From: Candidatus Heimdallarchaeota archaeon | GTDB taxonomy: Archaea > Asgardarchaeota > Wukongarchaeia > Wukongarchaeales > JBHIFL01 | Direction: 5' to 3' | NCBI GenBank assembly: GCA_046761065.1 | Contig: JBHIFL010000034.1 | Location: forward strand, 1-45,561 | Length of the DNA: 45,561 nucleotides | Part shown: positions 1 through 9,700 of the stretch, one piece after another | Layout: each line of letters starts with the position of its first letter | How positions within the stretch are numbered: position 1 is the first letter of the stretch | The notes under the pieces: model-generated | Databases searched by the model: none | What the model was told of the DNA's origin: nothing | The model's input: the letters and a program-made list of their open reading frames with translations, nothing else | Position numbers and translations under genes: made by a program

Positions 1-390
1 GAGCATTTCAGGTGGGGGCGCCGCGGGTGGTGGGAGAGCGACGAGTGGGGGCGTGAGTGCAACTGGGCGGGATAGCACAGCTGTTGTGCGCGCTGGCGGC
101 GGTGAAATGGGGGAGGCGGAACAAAATCCGGAGTACAAACTACATCCGAGGCTAGAGGCGCGGTTTCGCCGCCCTGAATTTTGGAAAAAGCTATTAAATG
201 ACATCGGTTGTGATAAAAACGTTTTCTTCAAAACGCCACGTCGAACCGTGATCGTCTGCATTCTGCCGTTTACTTCCCTAGTAGTAATTGTGTTATTATT
301 GAGGGGAGGCAGAAACAACCCTAATGCGAACAGACGGAAAGTAGGTTGTTTTTAGGGGATGTTTTGGTTAGCGATGATTTCCTTTGGATT

Positions 391-925
391 GGAATCGGCT
401 GAGCACAGAGGCTACACAGCGATTCCAAATAGCTAGGGGCTCTCATTGTTGGAGAGACTTTAGAGCTCGACCATTGCATTACATTATGTGAAGATATGTT
501 AAAGTAAGTGGACTTGGGCGTGTTTAAAAAAAAGGAAGAGAGAAAAGAAAGACTATACTTTCGTCTTTGTCGGTTAACAGCAGCGAATAAGTGGATTGCT
601 CCGAGGTAACAAACAGAGGTACCACGCCAATCCAATTCCTAGTTCAATAATGGCCGTACCAAATGTTATAGCAAACACCGTCGTGGCTTTGGAGTGGTCG
701 GCTCATCCTCTAGCGTTATCAATAACCGTAATGGAAAAACCATTGATAGCTGTCAAATCAGTGAATTGTACATCATCAATATTCGTGGCGCCAACAGATT
801 TAGTAACAAGAGCTCGCTTGAATTCGCTTGTCCACGTCCCGTCACTCTACATGGCAGATTGTATCACGTCCCCGCGACTTTCCTCGGGCTCTCTAAGAAT
901 TCATTCTGGAACTACCGCGTAAAAC
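391..925. repeat. Diverged direct duplication of 5245-5785
   Basis: Colinear similarity covers the gene tail and its downstream spacer, including the identical 22-mer TACACAGCGATTCCAAATAGCT at 413-434 and 5267-5288. Confidence 0.9.
553..925 (-). pseudogene. Decayed 3' fragment of an EB_dh/DOMON-like heme protein, paralog of 5410-6669
   Basis: DNA is colinear with 5410-5785. VPE*ILR replaces VPERILR and AM*SD replaces ATWSN, with frameshifts in the anchor region. Confidence 0.85.
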
Positions 926-1744
926 GAAGTTATATTTGTTCAATTCGACTCTATTCAGGATGTACAACCTCAGGCGATCACGATTAATGCTCTTATTTCT
1001 ACGTTCGATCAATATCTTAAGATGAACTAATTGATAAAACCTCGGCTGACTAAAGTTCTCTCAGCCAAAGGCCATGGCTACTTTTTTTTCTTTTTATAGC
1101 AAATGCATCTCAAATTGCTGAGATGAGGATCCATCCGTTTTAATAATCTGATAATTTTCCCATTAGTTTTGTTAGAATTTCTTTGTGACTTATCAAGGCT
1201 TTAAGAGAATCCTACACACCCCTCCATTACCGTTTTGCACCACAATGAATGGAGGACTACTAATTGAGCTCGCCTTTATTTTCATACAACGTCTCAGCGA
1301 ATTGGAGAATATCCTTAAATCCCTAAATAGTTTTTGCCCATTCATGAGAATGCAATCACCTTTATCCCCCCTTGAAAAAGGTTACCCTGGGGACGTAAGG
1401 GAAAGCATAATAGAAGTGGTCTCTATCATTTAGGACCGCTCTGTGAACACCAAAATCTTTTTAGCTTGGATTTGTTCATGATTGGAGAACAAAGATTAAG
1501 ATCTATGAGCTTTTCAACCGCAGAGGAAGTGAGGAAAAAGGTTGAACATTAGATCAAAACTTATTATTGTAATTAGTTTAGTTTTATCGGCTATTGTGAT
1601 CTCAGTTATTGATCGCTATTACATTTTAATGTGTTCGTCCCCGGAGGTACACAGATGATCTATTTGTCCAATCATTATTGCGCTTCAAACGTTTTACATC
1701 GAATTATTAATGTTAAATCTATGATCGAAGTGTGATGATCGAAA

Positions 1745-2377
1745 TTGAGCGACATAAAGCTTAAATCATTCATACATAGCTTCTTAGTGGTTTCGGTACT
1801 TCTTTTGGGCGGCTGCCTTGGTCAAGAAGAGGCAAATCACCAATCACACACAACTTCTTCAGAAACCCCTTCCTATAAGCGTATATTTGATCCTCCCAAA
1901 GAAGCCTACGCTTTCAATCTTACAGATCAGTTCGGCCAGAGGAAAGGATTAAACGACTGGAAAGGCAAAATTGTTGTGTTAGGCGACATTTATACCCGAT
2001 GTCCTGTCGCGTGCCCAATATTAGCCAGATGCTTTGTAGAAATTCAAGACGAATTAGGAGAGATGTTATTCGACCAGGTTGTGTTAGTATTCGTGACTGT
2101 TGATCCGGAATATGATACACCTGAAAAATTAGCCACTTGGACCAACGCATTCAACGGGAAATGGGTTGCGCTCACAGGTACGCTGGAGGAGTGCGAAGAA
2201 GTTTGGAATAATTATGGGATCGTGGTTTATGGGGAGAGTGGAGAAATTGGCCACTCGGCTAAGTTCACATTAATTGATCAACAAGGAATGATTAGGTTTG
2301 ATTATTACTATCCCCCTGAAAGCGAGCAGATACTAAATGACATATATGCTTTGATGGGGACAGTAGCCCGTTTATAG
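1745..2377 (+). CDS. sco: SCO1/SenC copper chaperone, probable lipoprotein
   Basis: YTRCPVACP (CxxxC), VTVDPEYDTPEKL, GHSAKFTLID and a lipobox-like LLLGGC. Confidence 0.93.
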   Translation: MSDIKLKSFIHSFLVVSVLLLGGCLGQEEANHQSHTTSSETPSYKRIFDPPKEAYAFNLTDQFGQRKGLNDWKGKIVVLGDIYTRCPVACPILARCFVEIQDELGEMLFDQVVLVFVTVDPEYDTPEKLATWTNAFNGKWVALTGTLEECEEVWNNYGIVVYGESGEIGHSAKFTLIDQQGMIRFDYYYPPESEQILNDIYALMGTVARL

Positions 2378-2495
2378 CTCCATTAGTAATCTTGTCCGCT
2401 ACCCATTTGCAGTCATGTTAAAGAACATGGAGGTGATTCTCTGTTCACCTCTGGGGTGGGTCTCTGAAAGAGTCGTTGACGAGATTTGAAGGAGT

Positions 2496-3335
2496 TTAGC
2501 GAGTTGAACGGTGCTCAATTTGGCACTCAAGCCCCGAATGTAGGGCTGTGGAAGCAGAGCTTAGTCCGATTAAGAGAAGAAATAGGCTGAGGGAATATAA
2601 GATAGTTGTTTTGATAACCTCCCCTAGGATTGTGAAGTCTAAAGAGCTTGTTAGCGGCCATAAAAGTGTAGATAAAAGAATCATTATTGGCGGCGTCACA
2701 CAAGTTGGGCATGCAACCAAAAGACCCGTAGATGCGCCCGCTAGGCTGAGTTTCAAGCTACCCTGCTTTTCCAGTTCCCGTCTTTGCGTGTAAACCCGGG
2801 AAAAGACAGCTATGTTTACGCCTGTGAACAACGAAAGACAACCCAACACCGTCAACTGATATGTTGAGACAACAAACCCTACTCCGTTCACAGGGGAGAA
2901 CATGAAAATGGGCGCATAACCCGGTGGTCCCTCGTTAATTATTTGGAAATAGGGTTCAAATGAGGATTGGATAAGTAAACCTTGAGCCAGAGAGAAAAGT
3001 AGAGCATAAGAGAATGCGGCAACTATTGCAATTGCCATGTAGGTTTTTTCTCTCAACGTTTCTTTTATTGCCAAATAAGAAACTTGGAAGAACCGCTTCA
3101 ACCCGTGTTTTGGGTTTTCAATGGATACAGTACTAAAGTGAGAACATTTCACACGTATCAGAAAAAGAAACGTAACGATAAGTGATACGCTCATGAGAAA
3201 CAATGGGAAAAACACCAGTTCTCTGCTCATGTAAGTTAAGTGCACCCTTTGGACGTAGACTAATAAGGTTTCCAGCAAAAGAATCAAGAGGACACTTGCA
3301 AGCGATAATGTCTTAATAATATTTATGCGTGTCAA
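2496..3335 (-). CDS. Multi-pass membrane protein with a CPTC motif, possibly metal/thiol handling
   Basis: 279 aa with about 6 hydrophobic segments and LLVACPTC. Confidence 0.75.
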   Translation of the reverse strand: MTRINIIKTLSLASVLLILLLETLLVYVQRVHLTYMSRELVFFPLFLMSVSLIVTFLFLIRVKCSHFSTVSIENPKHGLKRFFQVSYLAIKETLREKTYMAIAIVAAFSYALLFSLAQGLLIQSSFEPYFQIINEGPPGYAPIFMFSPVNGVGFVVSTYQLTVLGCLSLFTGVNIAVFSRVYTQRRELEKQGSLKLSLAGASTGLLVACPTCVTPPIMILLSTLLWPLTSSLDFTILGEVIKTTILYSLSLFLLLIGLSSASTALHSGLECQIEHRSTR

Positions 3336-3396
3336 ATTCTACCCCTATCCCAATAAGTGTTTTATGTCTTGAATAGCGTTGGCTTAATCACATAAG

Positions 3397-3639
3397 CTCA
3401 TATATTTGAATCTAATCATACTGGTTCTATTTGTGATACAAACCATTAACTGTGGTTCACAAAAGACGCTGGGAAAATGATGAAACCTAACGCGGCTTTA
3501 GCTATCCAATCGCGTCTCAATGTTTGCCCAAAAAAATAATAATGCCGAAATATTTATTGTTTCCTTTACTTACGCGTGTGTTCTACTTACCCAAGGATTT
3601 GCAAGACCTAAAAAAGAACTATTGGTGGCTTGTCCCACC
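3397..3639 (+). pseudogene. Internally deleted, inverted remnant resembling the CPTC membrane protein
   Basis: Fragments ALAIQSRL, FTYACVLLTQG and LLVACPT echo YLAIKETL, FSYALLFSLAQG and LLVACPT of 2496-3335 in the same order, broken by stops and frameshifts. Confidence 0.5.
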
Positions 3640-3809
3640 AGATCGGCGATGTTTCCGGCTTGGATCACCACCATGGTCTGGTGGCATGGGCCACATTTCG
3701 GGAGAATCCGAGTACGATTTCAGAAGGAGATCCAAAATAGTAAACAAAGAGTCGATATTTGTAGCTCGTTCGGCATGCATGTGACGACAAGGCCGCGTTC
3801 TTGAAGTTA

Positions 3810-4060
3810 TTAGTGCAGGTCAACTGGATCTTTGGCCTTTGAGTGCACGATTCCACGCCTATTCTCCAACCAAGGCGAAGGCTTGTGTCGGTAGAAGCGA
3901 ATACTCAACCAACTTGCTAAAGTAATAAAAACACTTATCCAGTCAAAACCCTCAATTGTTCGTAGCTCCGGGCCTATCTCTACCCGCATGACTCCAGATT
4001 CACCCACATTCCTGAAGGCATCGTATCCCGTGAAGTGGAATTCTACTAAGATGTCACTAA
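3810..4060 (-). pseudogene. Probable C-terminal remnant of a surface-anchored protein
   Basis: VEFHFTGYDAFRNVGES (beta-rich) then EGFD + hydrophobic stretch + basic residues. The ORF-track start overlaps the upstream stop and T-rich tail, so it is likely spurious. Confidence 0.4.
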
Positions 4061-4101
4061 GGAAGGGACCTATTGCAAGAAAAAGTAAAGGGGGAGAGAG
4101 C

Positions 4102-5265
4102 CTAAGCCACACGGCGTCGTCTAAGAGCCGCTACTAGCAGGGCGCTACCGAGTCCTAGAACAGCCAAAAATCGCAAATCTGCTTCTGCTTCACTCACGGC
4201 AGTCGTCTTCAATGCATCTTCGGAGAGTTGGACAACTTCTTGGGCGTTCTCGATAACTTCCTCAATCATCGTTGTACTGCCCTCTGGATCATGGAACCCA
4301 CGACTACTTCCACTTTCCTCAACCTCGTGCCATAGGTCCTCAACTTCTGTTAATTTGGCCTCAGCTTCAGCTAGTTTTACCGGATCTACTCCAACGGTGG
4401 TGTTAGCCGCAGCAAAGGCTTCACGAGCGGCCTCCATCTGAGCTTCGCCTTCAACGAATTTCTCGTCATATGCTGCTTGGATTTCGTCTTTTTTAACCCA
4501 TGACAACTCGAGATCATCACGGTGACATACCTCTTGGCCACACGCCTCCAGCCATACACCCATTGTGTGATTTGTTACCACGACGGGAGTGCCTCTGTCA
4601 AGAGCCTCACCATACATGTGGCACATGTTACAATCTGCTTCCATGCGTGTGACACTCGGTTCATGCGTGTGACATGTGGTGCATAAGTCGTCAACTTCTG
4701 CTTCCCGAAGTTGGTGTTCATTGACGGGGGTAGAGTGAGGGTCATGGCAAACCGCACAAGTTATTGAATGCTCCGTTTCAGCAAGGGTATCAACCCCACC
4801 CAGAGGCCAAGGTACTGCGCCTTCGGTAGTCATACAATGCACACAACTGGGTTGCTCGAACCCGCGTTCTATGAGGGTTTCCCTTGCATATGCATGTTTA
4901 CTCTGAGCCCATAGTTCATAGGGATCCCCGTGGCCCATATCATGGAAGGGACTATGGCATTCGCCACACAACTCAGCAGCCATGGTGACTGGCATGTGTC
5001 CTTCACCCGCCCCGCCTTGGTATGGGCCGTGGCAGGTCTCACAGGAGATACCCTCGTAGACTGGATCGTTCGTCGCGATAAACCCGTACAGGTCTTGGCC
5101 GATGGGGTTGCCCGTCTCATAGTTGGTGCCATTGACGTGGCACGACCAGCAGACGTCGCCCTCTCGGTTCTCATAAACATAAGAAACGGGAGTCGCATGG
5201 TTCGTCTCGTTCCACGCGTCGTAAATTTCTGAGTGGCAGGGAGAGGAATCTACTGAGGATGGAGG
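4102..5265 (-). pseudogene. Membrane-anchored multiheme cytochrome c, NrfA/c552-like C-terminus, 5' end missing
   Basis: The frame stays open 90 codons upstream of the ATG at 4995, up to TAA at 5266-5268, with no start codon or signal peptide. Motifs: SSPCH (broken), CWSCH, CETCH, CGECH, CVHCM, CAVCH, CTTCH, CNMCH, CGQEVCH, then a helical bundle with SRGFHDP and TM+RRRR. Confidence 0.8.
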
Positions 5266-5384
5266 TTACACAGCGATTCCAAATAGCTGAGGGTCTCATT
5301 GCTAGAGAGTCTTTTGTACTCGACTTTTGTATTGTTTCAAAAGATAATATGTTAAAGTAAGAGGACATTGGCTTGTTCAAAAAA

Positions 5385-5408
5385 TGGAAGAGGGGAGGGA
5401 AAAAAAAG
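5385..5408 (-). terminator. Pyrimidine/T-rich archaeal terminator after the EB_dh-like gene
   Basis: TTTTTTTTTCCCTCCCCTCTTCC directly after the stop on the minus strand. Confidence 0.5.
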
Positions 5409-5409
5409 C

Positions 5410-6669
5410 CTAAGCCGTTCGTCTTCGTCGGTTAGCGGCAACGATCAATAGGATTACATCGAGCGCAACAAACAGAGTCACTATTTCAAATCCAATTTCT
5501 AGTTCACTGACGACTTCACCAAAGGATAGGGCGTATGTCGACGTGGCTTGTGAGTGGTCGGTTCCTCCTCCTTTATTATCCATAACCGCAATGGAAAAAC
5601 CATAGGGGAGTGTCAAATCAGTGAATTGTACGTCATCGGTATTCGTGGCACCATCAGTTTTTGTGATAAGAGCCCGCTTGAATTCACTTGTCCACGTTCC
5701 GTTACTCCATGTGGCAGATTGCATCACATCCCCGCGACTTCCACTGGGCGGTCTTAGTATCCGTTCTGGTACTATCGCATCAAATTGTGCATACTTGTTC
5801 CAGGAGGTGGTGATCTGCTCTATCGTGGCGGTGGCGACTTCGAGGGTTTCACCTCCATCGATCTCACTTTGTGTCAGAACCATGGCATCAATGTAATTCG
5901 CAGGGGCGACTTCTAAGTAGAGGGGTCCGGTTTTATCTGCATTTCTGTTCCGACTGTAGGTGCTGCTACCACTATCACCGTGGCGACCACCATCTTCCGG
6001 CAGATCAGCTGGATCCTCATAAGTGATGTACTTGTCATCTATGTAGCCATTCATCGTTACGGAGCCTGCAGTCACTTCGTGGGTCTCGGGATCAACAGTT
6101 AGCGTGCCTGATTGTGACGCGGAGATGACACCCAGACTCCTTGCCGCTTTCATGTGCCAGATGTCACCAGTCTCTTCGGGGTTCTCTAGGAATGCCCCTG
6201 CTTCACCGTACTGCAGGTGGCATTTTGCCATGCACCCTGCTGTATAGAAGTTGGACATGTTGATGTTCCAAAGAAACGCGATTCGATCCTCGGATTGATC
6301 GGCTTCCGTCGTGGTCCAAGCAGTTCCATCCCAATTCCAGGAGCCACTCCTCGTCATGCTCATAGTCGAGTCGTCCCACTGCGCTAGGACATACAGATCC
6401 GTATCTGTGTGGACAGCTTTAAGTGTCACCGAGATGGCGCCACTGCCGCCGACAGTAGCTATCGTGATACTAGTTGCTTTGGCCCAAGCGGAATCTGTGG
6501 CGTCTCCATCCATTGTTGGAGTTGTTGTCACTTTTACAGATGTCAGTGTCTCTGCTTGTCTGACTAAGGTAGATGAGGCTGTAGTGGTTAATAATGTACT
6601 GATAGACAGCAGAACCAATATTGATAGGGCATAGGTTGCAATTCTTGTTTTGTTCCTACTAGTCTTCAT
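5410..6669 (-). CDS. Ethylbenzene-dehydrogenase-gamma-like (EB_dh/DOMON) heme-binding surface protein
   Basis: Signal peptide, PTMDG..D.AW, LYVLAQWDD, SEDRIAFLW, GCMAKCH, DIWHMKAAR, WTSEFKRAL, C-terminal GFE+TM+RRRR. Confidence 0.88.
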   Translation of the reverse strand: MKTSRNKTRIATYALSILVLLSISTLLTTTASSTLVRQAETLTSVKVTTTPTMDGDATDSAWAKATSITIATVGGSGAISVTLKAVHTDTDLYVLAQWDDSTMSMTRSGSWNWDGTAWTTTEADQSEDRIAFLWNINMSNFYTAGCMAKCHLQYGEAGAFLENPEETGDIWHMKAARSLGVISASQSGTLTVDPETHEVTAGSVTMNGYIDDKYITYEDPADLPEDGGRHGDSGSSTYSRNRNADKTGPLYLEVAPANYIDAMVLTQSEIDGGETLEVATATIEQITTSWNKYAQFDAIVPERILRPPSGSRGDVMQSATWSNGTWTSEFKRALITKTDGATNTDDVQFTDLTLPYGFSIAVMDNKGGGTDHSQATSTYALSFGEVVSELEIGFEIVTLFVALDVILLIVAANRRRRTA

Positions 6670-6715
6670 CTTATTCTTAACTCCTTAATTTTTTATCCAT
6701 ATTTAATATTTGACA

Positions 6716-6740
6716 AGAATATAACTTTTTGCATTATATA
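6716..6740 (-). promoter_or_regulatory. BRE/TATA promoter of the EB_dh-like gene
   Basis: GCAAAAAGTTATAT on the minus strand about 50 bp upstream of the ATG, with GGAG before the start. Confidence 0.5.
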
Positions 6741-6834
6741 GCTTTAATACATAGGATAGATTCTATAAGCCACGGAAAGGATAGTAAAACTATCGTAGGA
6801 CGGTTCTGGCTTTTTTGATTGATCTTCGACCAAA

Positions 6835-7281
6835 TTAGCCTGGCGGCTCCACGATAAGCTTGCCTGTCATCTCCCAGTGAGATGGAGTGCAGTATATGCC
6901 GCAGTAAAAGTCGTATACTCCTATTTGGGTGGGTGTAAATTCCAAGATAATTGGTTTCATTGGATATGCTGGGCCACTGTCAATGCCCAACTTTGGGATG
7001 ATGAAGCTGTGGATCACGTCTTGGGATAACAGGATAAGACGCACGTTCTGATCAACCGTGACTCGAATTACGTCAGGATCGAACCCCCCATTCTCTTGGA
7101 TTAACATCGTAACAAATATGTCCTCTGGGTCCTGTTTGGCTAGCGCATTGTTGAGCACTGGTATTATCACTGGAGAGAGTGGGATTACCGAGATAGCTGC
7201 TAGAACTGCTAGGAGAGCCACACCCTCCCAGGCGGTTTCTGAGGCACGAGAGTGTTTGACCGTTTGAGAATGTTTGACCAT
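6835..7281 (-). CDS. Membrane-anchored CuA-like cupredoxin (CoxB C-terminal type), 148 aa
   Basis: One TM, SQDVIHSF, YDFYCGIYCTPSHWEMTGKLIVE. Start moved to ATG 7281, just after the upstream stop at 7287. Confidence 0.88.
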   Translation of the reverse strand: MVKHSQTVKHSRASETAWEGVALLAVLAAISVIPLSPVIIPVLNNALAKQDPEDIFVTMLIQENGGFDPDVIRVTVDQNVRLILLSQDVIHSFIIPKLGIDSGPAYPMKPIILEFTPTQIGVYDFYCGIYCTPSHWEMTGKLIVEPPG

Positions 7282-7286
7282 TTTTA

Positions 7287-9221
7287 CTACCCCATCAAAA
7301 GCCAAATGAATACCATCGTCGATGCCATATGAAAAATGCTCATGATATAAGTGGCCCGAGTTGCATTCTTGGGGGCCTTGAAAAGTCGAAGAGCAATTCC
7401 ATGCGTAATCCGAATTGCAACTATAAGGCCGAGGAACACTAATACAGCCTGAACGAATGGGATCAGATCGGGGAATAGCGGTCTCCACGGGATGGTGGCT
7501 GTACCGAAGATGTTCCAGCCCCACCCGAACGGATCGGAGAACGCACGAAGAGGATACGCCCAACTCACGAAGAGTAGTGGTAGCGCAAAGGCTACCCACA
7601 GGAACAGGGCATATGGAGCCAAAGTATAAGTCATAGCGAGAAAGGTTCGTTTGGTGGCACCATGCTGCCCCCCAGCAACCCGATGGGCTGCCCACGAAAA
7701 AGCAAAGAAGATGGCAGGAACGATCACTAGCGGGACTGAGGCAGTAAGTGCTGCCCATTTGAGCCAATTCACAAAACCTTCTGCGGTAGGGACAAGCAGA
7801 TGGGCCGTATAGAGGTTTGCACCGAATTTAACCCCCATACTTGCCCAGTCTTTTATCCAAAAGTAGGGACCTAATAAAACGAATTCGTAAAAGATCACCA
7901 AGGAGAACCTTACGAAACCCATCCATGCTTCACTTGTATTCGTCCTTACTTTCGCGGTTAGATCCTTACCAGGCTTTTGGAGCTTCAACGTCATGTTATC
8001 CATTGGGCATGACTTCAAACATTCAAAGTCCAATCCACAGTTAGTGTTCGATTCGTTTCCGCCCGGATATAACTTCCACGGACATCCGTACCCGCGAGGA
8101 CTTCCTCTCATACATGCTTTTGTGGTGCATTTCTTACAAATCGACTTGTCTTTAGACCTCACGCTTAGGGAGGCATAGGTAGAGTGGTAACCGATGTATG
8201 CGCCTGCTGGACAGATGTATCGACAGAAGTTTCGCTCACCTCCAAAGACCAAATGCACCACAAAGGCAATGATGATCAACGTTAGGAAAAGGAGAGCGGA
8301 GATAAATGGTTGAGTCACTAACCATGGCGATATGAGCGATATTCCCAAGAACGTTAATGTCGGAATCCAAATGTTACGAAGCCGCTTAGGCCATGTCTTA
8401 TTCAGAGAGAGCTCATTCCGTGGCTCACGAACCGAATAGGTTCGACGCCTTGTCAACCAAAGGCCATAGGCCGGTAGGGGACAGGTGGCACACCAGATTC
8501 TTCCACCCAATAGGATCATGATCTCTACTGCCGCGAACCAAAGGATCCAGACAACGGCTATCGCGAAATTAAATCCCCCCATCGGGTTGCCGAAGAATCC
8601 TGTAAGTAGAACTATCATAAATATGAAGAGAGATGGCCATACGAGGAAGAAATAGACACCACGCCACCTTAAAAATCTTCCCAAGGCCTTCCCTATGATG
8701 GGAAGGCGTAGCAGGTCTATCCCTTCATCTTGCGTGAGCATTGGCGAACCAGATGAGCTATTCTTTTGTAGTGTTAAAACAGAGCCCACCGTTAAGACCA
8801 TCGTTGAACCAATGAAGATATAGAACGGATAATTGGGTTCCACAATCAAGTCCGCTACCATAAACGGGTGTAAAGGGCCGCAAGGTAGAGAACATCTGAT
8901 CTTGAATTTCCCTGGCCTGTCAAACAGTATAGGCTCAGTATCTACGACCTGAAAAGGAAAAACGTCTAGGAAGATGTCCTTGCCATCTATGTAGAAGCCA
9001 TGGGCTGTATCATTTGCTGTAACTCTAAAAATAATGGTTTCTCCCACTTGAACCGTTATTTTTTCAGGGTCCCAACCGAATTGGTACGCTATTAGCTCAA
9101 TAATGCGAGGTTCTTGACTTGTGGCTGTTCGAACAGTCGTCACGGCAGCAATGGTCAGAAGGATAGGTGCAATAATAAGAACAATTAATAACGCGGTACG
9201 GCGCCATCGCAATTTACTCAC
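7287..9221 (-). CDS. Cupredoxin fused to a NosR/NapH-like 4Fe-4S polytopic membrane domain
   Basis: DTAHGF and CSLPCGPLHPFM, then GRIWCATCP, FCRYICP, CKKCTTKAC, CGLDFECLKSCP and many TM segments. Confidence 0.9.
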   Translation of the reverse strand: MSKLRWRRTALLIVLIIAPILLTIAAVTTVRTATSQEPRIIELIAYQFGWDPEKITVQVGETIIFRVTANDTAHGFYIDGKDIFLDVFPFQVVDTEPILFDRPGKFKIRCSLPCGPLHPFMVADLIVEPNYPFYIFIGSTMVLTVGSVLTLQKNSSSGSPMLTQDEGIDLLRLPIIGKALGRFLRWRGVYFFLVWPSLFIFMIVLLTGFFGNPMGGFNFAIAVVWILWFAAVEIMILLGGRIWCATCPLPAYGLWLTRRRTYSVREPRNELSLNKTWPKRLRNIWIPTLTFLGISLISPWLVTQPFISALLFLTLIIIAFVVHLVFGGERNFCRYICPAGAYIGYHSTYASLSVRSKDKSICKKCTTKACMRGSPRGYGCPWKLYPGGNESNTNCGLDFECLKSCPMDNMTLKLQKPGKDLTAKVRTNTSEAWMGFVRFSLVIFYEFVLLGPYFWIKDWASMGVKFGANLYTAHLLVPTAEGFVNWLKWAALTASVPLVIVPAIFFAFSWAAHRVAGGQHGATKRTFLAMTYTLAPYALFLWVAFALPLLFVSWAYPLRAFSDPFGWGWNIFGTATIPWRPLFPDLIPFVQAVLVFLGLIVAIRITHGIALRLFKAPKNATRATYIMSIFHMASTMVFIWLLMG

Positions 9222-9564
9222 CTCTTAAGGATTTCTGAACGGAGTCAAGCACCTTTTCATACATTTCCCATACCTGGGTTGCTAGATCTAAGCCTGCTCG
9301 GTATATATCATTCATTTCTTCGACCGAATCAACAGTCCTACGGTTAGTCATGTCCAGTACAGAAAAAAGTAGCTTCAAGGCCGCGTATCTACATTCATCT
9401 CTCTTGTTGAGACCTTCGGAACATGCTTTTTCGACATATTTGACTGCTTCCTTCACAGGTGTCATGTCACTATCCGAATCGATGCGTGACCAATAATATT
9501 TGCGTAGGACTTTACGCAGTTGTGTGTATATTTGCTCTAGCTTGCTAGGGCCTGAAGTTGCCAT
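9214..9564 (-). CDS. Hypothetical helical protein, first gene of the cupredoxin operon
   Basis: 116 aa ORF overlapping the next start, preceded by an AT-rich promoter region. Confidence 0.75.
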   Translation of the reverse strand: MATSGPSKLEQIYTQLRKVLRKYYWSRIDSDSDMTPVKEAVKYVEKACSEGLNKRDECRYAALKLLFSVLDMTNRRTVDSVEEMNDIYRAGLDLATQVWEMYEKVLDSVQKSLRGE

Positions 9565-9700
9565 AAAATTAAATCTACTAAGGTTTATATAAGAATATAA
9601 GATATTTCAGCTATAGTACTAAACATATAACACTAATTTGCATATATAATATATATATCGTCAATAATATATTATAATTTCATATAGGGAGTTTAAGTAT
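9565..9700. promoter_or_regulatory. Divergent promoter region
   Basis: Very AT-rich with several TATA-like boxes and short palindromes between head-to-head genes. Confidence 0.6.

Noticed and set aside
1-355. GC-rich edge with a Gly-rich plus-strand frame and a Pro-rich minus-strand frame, both open to the window edge
   Set aside because: No recognisable motif and the strand cannot be chosen without flanking sequence.
7282-7767. N-terminal 162 aa of ORF 6835..7767
   Set aside because: It is an out-of-frame overlap with the 7287-9221 gene; the plausible start is 7281.
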